From assembly GCA_964016885.1 (NCBI GenBank), contig OZ024751.1, positions 11,842,001 through 11,906,000 of the forward strand: a stretch of DNA of 64,000 nucleotides. Reading direction: 5' to 3'. The position numbers and the translations under genes are program-made. A model generated the notes under the pieces. The model saw nothing but the letters and a program-made list of their open reading frames with translations. It was not told where the DNA came from and did not search any database. Source of the stretch: Eledone cirrhosa. Its lineage: Eukaryota. How positions within the stretch are numbered: the stretch's first letter is position 1; each line of letters starts with the position of its first letter. This document shows positions 41,098 through 52,744 of this stretch, one piece after another.

Positions 41098-42268
41098 GTT
41101 AAAACTTGGACGGGAACAAAAACAGAGAGGCAGTACAAATGAGAGTTTATTAGGTTCACTCTTTTGAAAGTGGGGGGTGGGGATGACGTTTCGAGCATAA
41201 GCACTTCATCAGGAGAAAAGTAGGTAGGAAGAGTGACCTGTTGGTAAAACTCACCCGAGAAGGAGAAGCAGTTGAGGGCGAGGACCAGCTCGGCGAGACG
41301 AAGTTGGGTGGGGTGGATGGGCGAAGGTTGAGATATTGCCGGAGGGCACATAGGTTGTCAGCGTGGGGGATGACAGTATAGAGGGACTTGATATCTAGGG
41401 TGAAGAGGAGGAGTGTGGGCCGGGTGAGAAAGTGAGGGAGTCGAACAGGCAAACGGCGTGGTTGGTGTCGGAGATGTGAGAGGGGAGGGTGGGGACGAGG
41501 GGGGAGAGGATGGAGTCAAGACAGGCGGAGATGAGTTCGGTGGGGCAGTTGCAATCGTAAACGATGGGGCGGTCGGGGTTGTCGGGTTTGGGGGGTTTGG
41601 GGAGGAAGTAGATAGGGGTGTGCGGGGGCTGCGGGGGCTGCGGGGGCTGCGGACGATGAGGTAGGAAGCGTTGGAAGAGAGGAGGGAGGAGGAGACAAGG
41701 TGTTAGATGGGGGAGGAAACTTGTTGTTGGTAGAGGGGTGTGGGCTTGGAGGGTAGAGGGCGATAGAAGAGGGGTTACGGAACTGCCTGAGGTCTTCGGC
41801 CGTGTAGAGGTCAGCGCGCCACACCACCACGGCGCCTCCTTTGTCCGCCGGTTTGATGACGATGTCATCTCGGTTACGGAGGGAGTGGAGAGCGAGGAGT
41901 TCGCCCCGTGAGATGTTATTCCGTTTGGAACGATGGCGGAAGTCGAAGTGATTTACTGCGCTACGGCAAGCGTCGACGAACGCATCCAGGGTGCTAAGTT
42001 GCCCTTGTGCCGGCGTCCAAGACGATAGTCGGCGGCCCAGGGCAAGAAACGGTTCTGGCGCGTTTGGAGCCGGTGGGGTTTGATGAAAATATGCCTGTAG
42101 CTTCGTGCGTCGCACGAATCGCTCGACTTCCGTTCGGGTGCGGAACTCGTCGCTGTGCGGAATGTGGGGTATGAAGCGAAAGTCTCTACTGAGGAGAGAG
42201 CGCTCAGGTGGGGAGAGAGAGTGGTCAGGGGTGATGGTGACAACAAGAGCGGCGTGGGTGTGGGTGTG
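41098..42268 (-). mobile_element. Internally deleted Neptune-type PLE: N-terminal region and RT start fused directly to the 3' pLTR, in (TA)n
   Basis: IVIKPADKGGAVVVW, YFLPK..KPDNP.RPIV..C.CPTELIS, FTLDIKSLYTVIPH, LRLAELVL..N.FSF.GEFYQQV; 3' end matches 16415-16465. Confidence 0.92.
41180..41217 (-). ncRNA. Minimal HHR core in the Neptune pLTR (stem I not evident)
   Basis: Reverse complement: CTGATGA-AGTGCTTATGCTC-GAAAC-GT-C. Confidence 0.6.
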
Positions 42269-42393
42269 TGTATATATTTATATATATATATGTAGATATA
42301 GATATATATACATACATAAATATATATATACATACATAAATATATATATACATATATATATACATATATATATACGTATACATATATATATAC

Positions 42394-42471
<78 letters not shown>

Positions 42472-42486
42472 GTAGCAGCGATAATG

Positions 42487-42782
42487 AGGGACAGAGACCG
42501 CTGGAGAGAACTCGTCCATGGATCTCGGGAATTTTACCCGCCTTAGATAGATAGATATACATATATATATACACACACACACATATATACACACACACAT
42601 GCACACACACAGACACACATATATATATATTTATATATATGTATATATGTATATATATATATGTGTGCATGTGTGTGTGTACATATGTGTGTGTGTGTAT
42701 ATATATATGTATATCTATCTATCTAAGGCGGGTAAAATTCCCGAGATCCATGGACGAGTTCTCTCCAGCGGTCTCTGTCCCT
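42487..42782. repeat. Perfect inverted duplication around a TA/CA microsatellite
   Basis: agggacagagaccgctggagagaactcgtccatggatctcgggaattttacccgccttagat and its reverse complement. Confidence 0.92.
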
Positions 42783-42902
42783 TATATATATATATATATA
42801 TAATGTGTGTGTGCGCGTGTGTGTATATATATGTGTGTGTGTGTATATATTTATATATATATGTAGGTATATATATGTGTATATTTATATATATATATAT
42901 GT

Positions 42903-42957
<55 letters not shown>

Positions 42958-43073
42958 GTGTGTGTGCGCTTGTGTGTATATATGTGTGTGTATATATTTA
43001 TATATATATGTAGGTATATATATATGTGTATATTTATATATATATATATGTAGGTATATATATATATATATGC

Positions 43074-43114
<41 letters not shown>

Positions 43115-43115
43115 C

Positions 43116-43173
<58 letters not shown>

Positions 43174-43184
43174 GTATATACTCG

Positions 43185-43281
<97 letters not shown>

Positions 43282-43385
43282 GTATATATATATATATATA
43301 TATAGATAGATATTATATTTCCATATCTATATGCATATAGACATATGTATATTTACGGACAAACCCACATGCATTATATACATGT

Positions 43386-43754
43386 AATTGTTTCTACTTT
43401 TGGCACAAGGCCAGCAATTAACCAGTGTATTACTGGTACTTTATTTTATCGACCCCGTAAGGATGAAAGGCAAATTAACCTCGGCGGGATTTGAACTCAG
43501 AATGGCAAAGGGGTGTAAGTCTATGTGTCAAATATGGCGTCCGACTCTCTACAGATATGCCAATCCACCGCCATTGGCAGTATCGGTAGAGGGTCGGACG
43601 CCATGCTTTGACGCATAGAGTTACGGCCCTTGCCACTCTGAGTTCAAATCCCACCGAAGTTAACTTTGCCTTTCATCCTTACGGGGTCGATAAAATAAAG
43701 TACCAGTAATACACTGGGTAATTGCTGGCCTTGTACCAAAAGTAGAAACAATTA
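43386..43754. mobile_element. Head-to-head inverted pair of SINE S1 copies
   Basis: Minus copy 43386-43566, plus copy 43573-43754. Confidence 0.9.
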
Positions 43755-44798
43755 TATATAATAGATTTCGCAACCTGAAGTGAGAACAATTCCTTTCCAT
43801 TTTGGACATGTTATCTCACCTTTTCTCACACCTTTGACAGAAATTTTTTTTGTTATATACACTCGTCTCTCGGATTGAGTGCACTGCCAAATTTGCATAT
43901 ACCAGATCTGCCAACGTCTAAAACCCCAAACGGAGATAACCATGAAAAAAAGGGCCCCAAAACATGGAGAAATGAGTAAAAATGGGGAGATTTTACATAA
44001 TAAAAGCTATAACCTCTTTCACGAGAGAAGATATCTCCCACACAGCCCAAAGTGGGTGGGAGATCTTTCCGTCCGACGGGGATAGTTGACCCGAATTCGA
44101 CAGAAAAAATATTATGAATATAACCGTATTTCGTATATATACTCCTCCCTCAAATTGAGTGCTCTGCCAACTTTAGATATACAGATTTTACGCAATTCTC
44201 TACACTATATATTTATCACACAAAAGTTCCATGAAAATTGTAGCAGAAAAATTGCAAACTAGGGATAAATACCGCTACGACCACCACATATTCACTACCA
44301 CATTACCACACCACCAACATTCCTACTGCCGTAGTAATAACAACATAGCATGCAGATTACTCCTCTGAAAATAAAGTAAACTAACTCTATTATCGAATTC
44401 TATCAATCTATCACAAGATAAACGATGCTCTCCGCCAATACCACAGCTCTAACGCGGACACCACCAGCACTTGTTTAATAGAGATCGATAGATTTCCACA
44501 ATCTTGCTAATTAGCCTTAATTGATTAGATTTAGTTAGCTAATGAGGCGTCAATTAGAAAGCAATAACAGGCAAATACATAGCCATAAACAATGAAATGT
44601 TAAGTTTATAGAATTCAGAGCGTTTAACAGACTAATTACTATAGTTGAATGGATATAGCGGCGTTTAATAAATGATATTACACTTTCAGGTGGTAAATAT
44701 GATCACGGTGCATCAATGCTCTGTCAGTCAATCTATCTTTCTACAGACTTATTAATCTATCCATTTGCGTTTGTATGTGCCTGTCTATACTACCTCAA

Positions 44799-44828
<30 letters not shown>

Positions 44829-44833
<5 letters not shown>

Positions 44834-45020
44834 AACCAGTAAGACCCCGACGGCTGAGCTCAAGCCGTTTCGACGGCTAATTCTGCAGAATTAGCCGTCG
44901 AAACGGCTTGAGCTCAGCCGTCGGGGTCTTACTGGTTCCTATTACCCACTCTACTACCCTAAGTATTGAGTACTTTGGTGCGTTATGGTCCACCTGGTTC
45001 CTTACCACATTTCCTTCGTT
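44829..45020 (+). mobile_element. Family D terminus with a spacer-less perfect palindrome (44829-44942), in (TA)n
   Basis: Centre ...ggctaattctg|cagaattagcc...; right arm continues to ccttcgtt. Confidence 0.9.
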
Positions 45021-45021
45021 A

Positions 45022-45067
<46 letters not shown>

Positions 45068-45070
<3 letters not shown>

Positions 45071-45296
45071 ATAATAATAAATTTGAAGACTAAAATCCAA
45101 AGAGGGCTCGATAAGGATAAATATATATCAAATATATAAGAACCGTAGAGCAAATATTTATTAAAATAACAGATTAAAGTTTAAGCAAAGAATCGCTGCT
45201 TTCACCCCTAACGGGATCTTGTGAAACTCCCGTTAAAAAGATCCCGTTAAGGGTGAAAGCAGCGATTCTTTGCTTATACTTTAATCTGTTATTTTA

Positions 45297-45303
<7 letters not shown>
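45068..45303. repeat. Family E repeat with an inverted repeat at 45155-45303
   Basis: tatttattaaaataacagattaaag...ctttaatctgttattttaataaata; pieces also at 18805-18866 and 33100-33175. Confidence 0.8.
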
Positions 45304-45347
<44 letters not shown>

Positions 45348-45392
45348 CATAAATAAATAATATAATATATATATATATATATATGTGTGTGT

Positions 45393-45436
<44 letters not shown>

Positions 45437-45729
45437 CTATATTATTGACGGACGTGAGAAAGAGTACTCAATACTGAGGAATAGTTAAAATATTCATTTA
45501 ACATGGCTAAGTGAAGAACCTTGCTCCTCTGGAGTTTCAACACAGCCAACTTAAATGACCATATATCTGTCGATTTATCCAGTCCAAAGAAATTCATCTC
45601 ATCATCCTTCTCTACCTTTTCCCGGCCACACATTCGATACTGTTGTTCACGGGAGGCAAAATATTATCAGTGAGGATGTCACAGGTGTGTGATGAAAGAA
45701 GTGAGAGACTCTCTCTCTCTGTCTCTCTC

Positions 45730-45789
<60 letters not shown>

Positions 45790-45830
45790 CGGAACATAAG
45801 TCAATTGCATGAATTCATAATCCTTTATTT

Positions 45831-45886
45831 ACTGCTATATATATTTCGATGATAGCCATTGAATGGCTATGACCTCATCAAGCAGT
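45831..45886 (-). ncRNA. Type I hammerhead motif (core UUGAUGA), palindromic stem III AUAUAUAU
   Basis: Reverse complement: ACTGC-TTGATGA-GGTCATAGCCAT-TCA-ATGGCTATCATC-GAAA-TATATAT-A-GCAGT, then AATAAA. Confidence 0.7.
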
Positions 45887-46254
45887 TAGTCAGCTCTTAG
45901 ATATGCCAGCTCTGTGTTTATAGTGTTGATGGTATCAGAGCCTTGGGACATATGATCTTGTTAGGAATAATTTAATGTTGTCAGCAGGAATAGTCTTGAT
46001 TCTCATTGGTCAGTTTGTAGATGGTAGTAGGGTTGGTATTGACCTGAAAGAGGCAGGTGGTGTTGTAAAGTTCAAACCGTCAGGCAAGATGACAATAGTT
46101 GCATATGACTGATTTTCACAAAAAGCATTCGTGGTCAGATATATATTCTATATATATATATATAGTGTACACTCTAAATAGAGAGCAACATTGTCATACA
46201 CTGTCACTCTAAATCTCTATGTCTTTGGAAAGTTTAGTCATTACACATAACATT

Positions 46255-46745
46255 CACGTGCAGGCTGGTTCTTTGATAGAACTTACCACGAACAGGCTAT
46301 TCCGTTGATAGATTACACCACGAGCAGGCTGTTCCGTTGATAGAGTACACCACGACCAATCTGTTCCGTTGACAGAACACAACACGAGCAGGGTGTTCCG
46401 TTGATAGAACATACCACGAGCAAGCTGTTCCGTTGATAGAATACACCACGAGCAGGCTGTTCCGTTGATAGAACACGCCAGGAGCAGGTTATTTCCGTTG
46501 ATAGAACATACCACGAACAGGCTATTCTGTTGATAGAACACACCGCAAGCAGGCTGTTCCTTTGATAGAACACCCCACCAACAGGCTATTCCGTTGATAG
46601 AACACACCACCAACAGGTTATTCCATTAACAGACCACATCACAAGTAAGCTGTAACTTTAACAGACCACATCACAAGTAACCTGCTCCGTTAATAGACCA
46701 CATCAAGACCAGGTAGTTCCGTCGATAGTTCATACCACGAGCAGA
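46255..46745. repeat. ~32-bp minisatellite (ACGAGCAGGCTGTTCCGTTGATAGAACACACC)n
   Basis: About 15 units. Confidence 0.92.
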
Positions 46746-47574
46746 CAGTGATGTTTGATCACGCGTCGTCGAAACCGACGGAGGTCCATTACCATTGTAC
46801 ACAATCTACAGCATCTTTTATTTCGTGTCAGTATGTGAATATGTGACCAGCAAACCTCGTTAAAGGACACTTCTAAGGTAAAAGCAAAACTGACGAACTG
46901 ACCACTAATTGATGTGTATGTGAGTGTGTGTGAAAGTGAAGGGCATTAGATATCTATAGAGCTGGTCAACATAGAAAACTATTTATAAATAAGACAGGTG
47001 ATTCTCTATATAGATGATAAACACAACCACATGAATATGGTACGAACAATGAAGAGCCGAACTCCCACTGGAATCCCCCCATCTCTCTCGCCCTCCCCGT
47101 CTCTCTGTATGGTGAGCAAATGGGGTCACACGTGCTGGCCTTGCCACAGCCCCGGCGGACAGAATAGAGATGGTAAGGGAGATGCGGTGGAAGAGCCATT
47201 CCAGCTTGCGAAGCTCACACCTACGGCTGGCCAGCTCAGTGCTTATGGTGGTGAGTATCGTTAACAAATTAACCCTTCACAAGTTGAGTGCCATTTTAAT
47301 ATTTTGTTGCAAGAAGCAGCTAACTGCATTTAATAAAACTAATTAATAACCATGCAAACCAAGTAATCATATAAGCATGAAATGCACTCCATTTTCTTTT
47401 AAGTTAAAAATACATAATTTAGTTGATAACTTAATTAGATATTTAAATTAAACTAATTAGGTAATTCCTAAAATATGATTCCATATATTAATAAAAAGAA
47501 ATATGCATATGTTCATAAACAATTCAATTAAATAATTAACTATGCTTATAATAGAGTATGATTTAGGTAGAAGG

Positions 47575-48595
47575 GCGTCACTGGTACATTATTTTATCGA
47601 CCGGAGGAATTTGCGTTTAGAAGGGAGAGGTTGTAAACTATAAGGCATAAAACATGTTGTCTGACGACGTAGCGATTATTGTCAATCCATAGCTCTAAAT
47701 CTCGTGATAATTTAATGGTTTTAGACGGCCAAATATTCTGGAGAGAGGGGAAGATAAGGTCGACACCAGTGCGTTACTGGTATTTTATTTTATTGAACCT
47801 GTAGGCATAAAAGGCAAAGCAAAAGCAGGATTGGAACTCAGAAATAAATGGACGTAACTATATGCCACAAAACATGCGCGACACTCTACCAATTCACTGC
47901 CATAAACATCGTAATAATATAATAGGTTCTGATATAGACGCAAGGCTAAATAGTTTTTCGTAGTGTGGGGGTGTCGATTAAACCCACCCCCAGCGGGTTC
48001 CTAGTATTTATTTTATCGTCTCCGTTAAGAATTAAAAGTAATGCAAAGCTCGGCGGGATTTGTACTCCGAAGATAAAAGGCCATAACTATATGTTGCAAA
48101 GCATGTTGTTTGACGCTCTCCCGATTATTGCCAATCCATAGCCCTAAATCTCGTGATAATATGTTTTCAGAAGGATAAAATTTGGGCGGGAGGGGAAATA
48201 TAATTAGGTCGACTCCAGTGCGTTACTGGTATTTTATTTTATCGCACCTGTAGGCATAAAAGGTAAAGCCATCGAAACCAGGATTGGAATTCAGAAAATA
48301 ATGGGGCGTACCTATACGCCACAAAATATCGGGTCCGACGCTCTACCGATTATTGCCAATATCTAAGGTTCGTGATAACCTAATGGGTATTTAGGCACAA
48401 TGCTAAACATTTTTTTTTCAGGAGAGAATATCAATTAAACCCACCCCCAGCGCGTTCCTAGTATTTATTTTATCGACTCCGATAAAAGTTAAAAAGTAAA
48501 GCTAACCTCGGCGGGATTTGAACTCCGAACGTAAAGCGCTGTAACTATATGATGCAAAGCCAGTTGTTTGACGCTCTTCCGACAGTGTCAATCAA
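47575..48595 (-). repeat. Tandem array of diverged S1 SINEs (dimeric unit ~455 bp)
   Basis: aaacccacccccagcg at ~47980 and ~48437; ggtcgac.ccagtgcgttactggtattttatttt at ~47758 and ~48207. Confidence 0.75.
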
Positions 48596-48628
48596 CCGTT
48601 AATATTATGCTAATACAAAACTGGTGGA

Positions 48629-48780
48629 TTGGTCGTATCGGTAGAGGGTCGGACGCCATGCTTTATAGCAAAGAGTTCCGGCCCTTTATGATCTGAGTCC
48701 AAATCCCGCCGAGGTTAACTTTGCCTTTCATCCTTACGGGGTCGATAAAATAAAGTACCAGTCACACACTGGGTCGATTT
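48629..48780 (+). mobile_element. SINE S1
   Basis: Head and core. Confidence 0.85.
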
Positions 48781-48979
48781 AAGAAACCAATATTATGCCA
48801 ATAGAATCACTTCAGCGGTCGAATGGCAGAATGGTTAGAACGTCAAATCAACGAATTCCGATAATAAGCGCCGCTATTTGGTTTCATATCTCATTAGGAA
48901 AAAATTTGAATTCCCTTCCTCCGTAGTTGACAAACATACTAATAGTCGCGCTCTCTTCTCGTCTGTACATATGGAAATA

Positions 48980-49138
48980 TAATTGTTTCTACTTATTTGG
49001 CACAAGGTTAGCAATTACCCAGTGCATTACTGGTACTTTATTTTATCGGTTCCGTAAGAATGAAAGGCAAGGGTAACCTCTGCGGGATTTGAACACAGAT
49101 TTGAACTCTATGCTGCAAAGCATGGCGTCCGACCTTTC
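48980..49138 (-). mobile_element. SINE S1
   Basis: Reverse-complement copy. Confidence 0.8.
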
Positions 49139-49396
49139 GATTGCATAGGGCATGCGCACTCATTGCAAACTAGTATTTCTGTATTATAATTCTACTATAC
49201 ACGACAGGGATAGAGGTCCCTTGGTTAGCTATTTCCTTAGATAATATACATACATTCTGAGAAGGAAATTTACTAGGAGCGAAACTCAATTCAAGGTATT
49301 TATCATTTTTTTAATATACTGGAAAAATCTCATATCTACCATATTTACTAAAAATGTATACATCCTTACGTTGGGCAGTCTTGGCGACCTCGATAT

Positions 49397-49438
<42 letters not shown>

Positions 49439-49441
<3 letters not shown>

Positions 49442-49515
49442 GGTGTCCCAAAAAATGTATATGCATTTCAATAACATTCTAATAAATAGGAGCATGTATT
49501 TTTGTGGGGACACCC
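49439..49515. mobile_element. ~80-bp Tc1/mariner-type MITE (further copies at ~50449-50525 and ~51111-51191)
   Basis: TA-CAGGGTGTCCCAAAAAATG ... atttttgtggggacaccc terminal inverted repeats. Confidence 0.65.
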
Positions 49516-49824
49516 ATATATGTATTTATAAAGGTTGGCCCAAATATATATTGTAAGGCGCTCAATATATTAGACGAATAGAAGCACATGGAATTTATAT
49601 CGAATTTATTTCTACAGGAATATGACTGTTTTATTCGTCTGAAATTCTCTCTCTCTTACATAAACAGAGGAAGCCTTAAGCGATACTCTGACCAACTCCA
49701 TCTCACTCAACAAACATTAGGGTATACCTAAGTATATTCCCAATTTAGTGTTTGGGGTGCTAACTAATCAGTATTTCGTGGATAGCTGGTTGCATTATTT
49801 TATGAGACATAATTAAATAAATAT

Positions 49825-50144
49825 ATACGATATTAACAAATGGAAACTATATTTATAAAACCATATTTATTTCATTATACATATTTCAAGTTAAATTATG
49901 GTGTGCTTTCATCAGATAAAATATAATATAGAGCAGTTTTATAAATAAATATTGACATACCCTTAAAGATTGCAACCATTACTGTTGCATTCTTTAAGGG
50001 TATGTCAATATTTATTTATAAAACTGCTCTATATTATATTTTATCTGATGAAAGCACACCATAATTTAACTTGGTGTCCTTGAAATATGTATAATGAAAT
50101 AAATATGGTGTTATAAATATAGTTTCCATTTGTTAATATCGTAT
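49825..50144. repeat. Family A fold-back palindrome (~150-bp arms)
   Basis: Centre ttgcaac-cattact-gttgcat; the left arm has a 9-nt deletion in HHR stem II. Confidence 0.92.
50037..50101 (+). ncRNA. Type I hammerhead ribozyme, family A subfamily, intact core
   Basis: TATTTTAT-CTGATGA-AAGCACACCA..TGGTGTCCTT-GAAA-TATGTAT-A-ATGAAATA. Confidence 0.75.
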
Positions 50145-50683
50145 TTTTACTCCAATTATTTGTTGAGTGCTTTATATCAGATATAAAAATATTTGCTTGT
50201 TGTATCCCAACAATTTAAATAGAACTTTTACATATATATATATTCTCGACAGTCGATCGACTTTCGTCAAATCGGACAGAGGAAACAATGTTTCCATTGG
50301 TCTTTCTAATTGCTAATACTTTCTATCTGTCGCAACTCCAGGTAGAGGGAGCAATGTAAAATAAAGTATCTTGCTCAAGGACATACTAATTCACCCGGTC
50401 GGGGAATCAAGCTCACGATTGTGAATCCAATTCTCTAACCACTATATACAGGGTGTCCTCCAAAAATGTAAACACACTTCAACAGCATTCTAATCAAAGT
50501 GTATATAGATTTTTTTAAAACCTGTATATAGAATTAAGTATGGTTTTCAAAAGGTCGGTCAAAAAAATAAGGTGCTTAATGTATTAGTGGAATAAGGGCC
50601 CATGTTGTTTATAGAATTTATTTTTACAGGAATATGGTTGCTTTAGTCCTCTCACTTTCTCTCTTTCTCTATGAAAAAGTTTA

Positions 50684-50779
50684 ACCCCGACGGCAGAGAT
50701 CAAGCCGTTTCGACGGCTATTTCTGAACTAAATTAGAATTTTTAGCGTGGTAAATAAATAGCTGAACTTTTCAAGGGGT
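50684..50779 (-). ncRNA. Variant HHR, family D, complete U3-A8 core and long stem II
   Basis: Reverse complement: ACCCC-TTGAAAA-GTTCAGCTATTT..AAATAGCCGTC-GAAAC-GGC-TTGATCTCT-GCC-GT-C-GGGGT. Confidence 0.7.
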
Positions 50780-51034
50780 AATTCCCACTCTGTTACCCAC
50801 TCCACTACCCTAAGTATTGAGTACTCTGGTGCGTTATGGTCTATCTGGTTCTTTACCACACCTGCTTTGCTATATATATATATATATCGACTTTCGTCAA
50901 ATCGGCCCGAGGAAACAATGTCGCAACTCCAGGTAGAAGTAACAACGTGAAATAAAGTATCTAGCTCAAATCGAACTCACAACCTCACCATTGCGAATCC
51001 AGTTCTCTAACCACTCGGCCACGCAAATATACTC

Positions 51035-51083
<49 letters not shown>

Positions 51084-51674
51084 GACATAGACATAGATAT
51101 ATATATATATTGGGTGTCCCCCCTCAAAATTTATACACACTTCAACAGCATCCTAATCAAAGTATGTATAAATTTTGGGGGGACAAACTGTACAGTATAT
51201 ACGACAATGAAGTTTAAAACATACATAATACAATACTTAACACCGTTGAACAAAGCATTGCTATGTCTTAGCAATCCTTTCGTGTCTGCATTTTATATCT
51301 TGGCATAAAACCCCCGTGAACTTATGTCGTATTTTGCAACAAATAATTACTAATTAATTACCTATTATATATGTAACTAGGTTCATATATATTACTTAAA
51401 TGTGAAACTCAGGATATATTATGAATACACTGCCTATGTAATTATATATGACAAACGACCTTCCTACATTTGTTTTGACATTTCCCTTGTTTTTTCTCAG
51501 TGATTTTCTGATGAATGTTTTAAACGTTTCTTTTTTAGTGAACATAACATGTGCGCTTAGTTGGTAGAGTATACGTAAAGTATATATTTATATATATAGT
51601 ACGTATAGACTTACCCACATATGCATATTTGTATACACACATTATATTCCTATATAAATATATATATATATATT

Positions 51675-51722
<48 letters not shown>

Positions 51723-51726
<4 letters not shown>

Positions 51727-51806
51727 AAGGAAAAGCGAAGTAGTTTCAGATGTTCAAGTCTTTTAATAATATTGAACATCTGAAACTACTTCGCTTTTCC
51801 TTATTC
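51723..51806. repeat. Inverted repeat (~35-bp arms) adjoining (TA)n
   Basis: gaataaggaaaagcgaagtagtttcagatgttcaa / ttgaacatctgaaactacttcgcttttccttattc. Confidence 0.9.
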
Positions 51807-51879
51807 GATATTTACTCCGTCACTCCTATGTGGAAAAAGTACGTTGAGTGCTTGAATTAACTTGCATCAATGTTTACCC

Positions 51880-51916
<37 letters not shown>

Positions 51917-52333
51917 TGTATAATACATGCATATTCGGGCAAACAATGCCGAGTACAGTTTGTTTATAGAGAAATCAATTAACTGTTTATCAACATGTGC
52001 ACATATGCACGTGTGTGTGTGTATATATATATACATACATAACTAAAAGTGTACAAGACTGCTTATATTAAAGATACATATACCTCATACACAAATCCAT
52101 CCTAACATACACAAATACTTATATATGGTCAATATAAGGGCGCTCCCTATTACACACACACACACACACACACACTATGTACGTACGTCGACACACAGCC
52201 AAACAAAAAGTATTCTAAATAAATAATACATAGTGGTACAAAGAGTGGAAGAAAATACGAAATCCTGAGAATTTCTACTCAGACAATCGCAAGACGATGG
52301 TAATTCCTCACGATTATTCCTATTATTTTTCAG

Positions 52334-52364
<31 letters not shown>

Positions 52365-52744
52365 AGCTTTCTATTTTGTGTGTTTAGTTTATTTTATTTA
52401 TATATTTATTTGTTTATTATTTTCATCTTGAAGCACGTATATTCTTTATTATCTGATGTCCTGATGTGAATTTGATATTGCATATTTTATACTGAACTTT
52501 GACTTATTCTTCTCCCGTTTGCGATTGAGCAGCATACCAAATTTACTTCAACAGAAATGATAGATGTCTTAGTGAGCAGACGACGACGCTACAACCGCGT
52601 CTACTGCCTCTTCTATTAATACAGTAGAGGGAAATGGCGGTAAGGGAGTCGGTGGCCATCTTAGAACGAACGAGCTGAAGAGTTTGAGTTGATTCTGAAC
52701 GAGTCAGGGGCAGTTTTTAATATTTCTAGGCTGATGGGGTTGGG

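Noticed and set aside
46255-46745. 32-bp repeats resembling a CRISPR array
   Set aside because: Units are contiguous with no unique spacers, the context is eukaryotic and there are no cas genes
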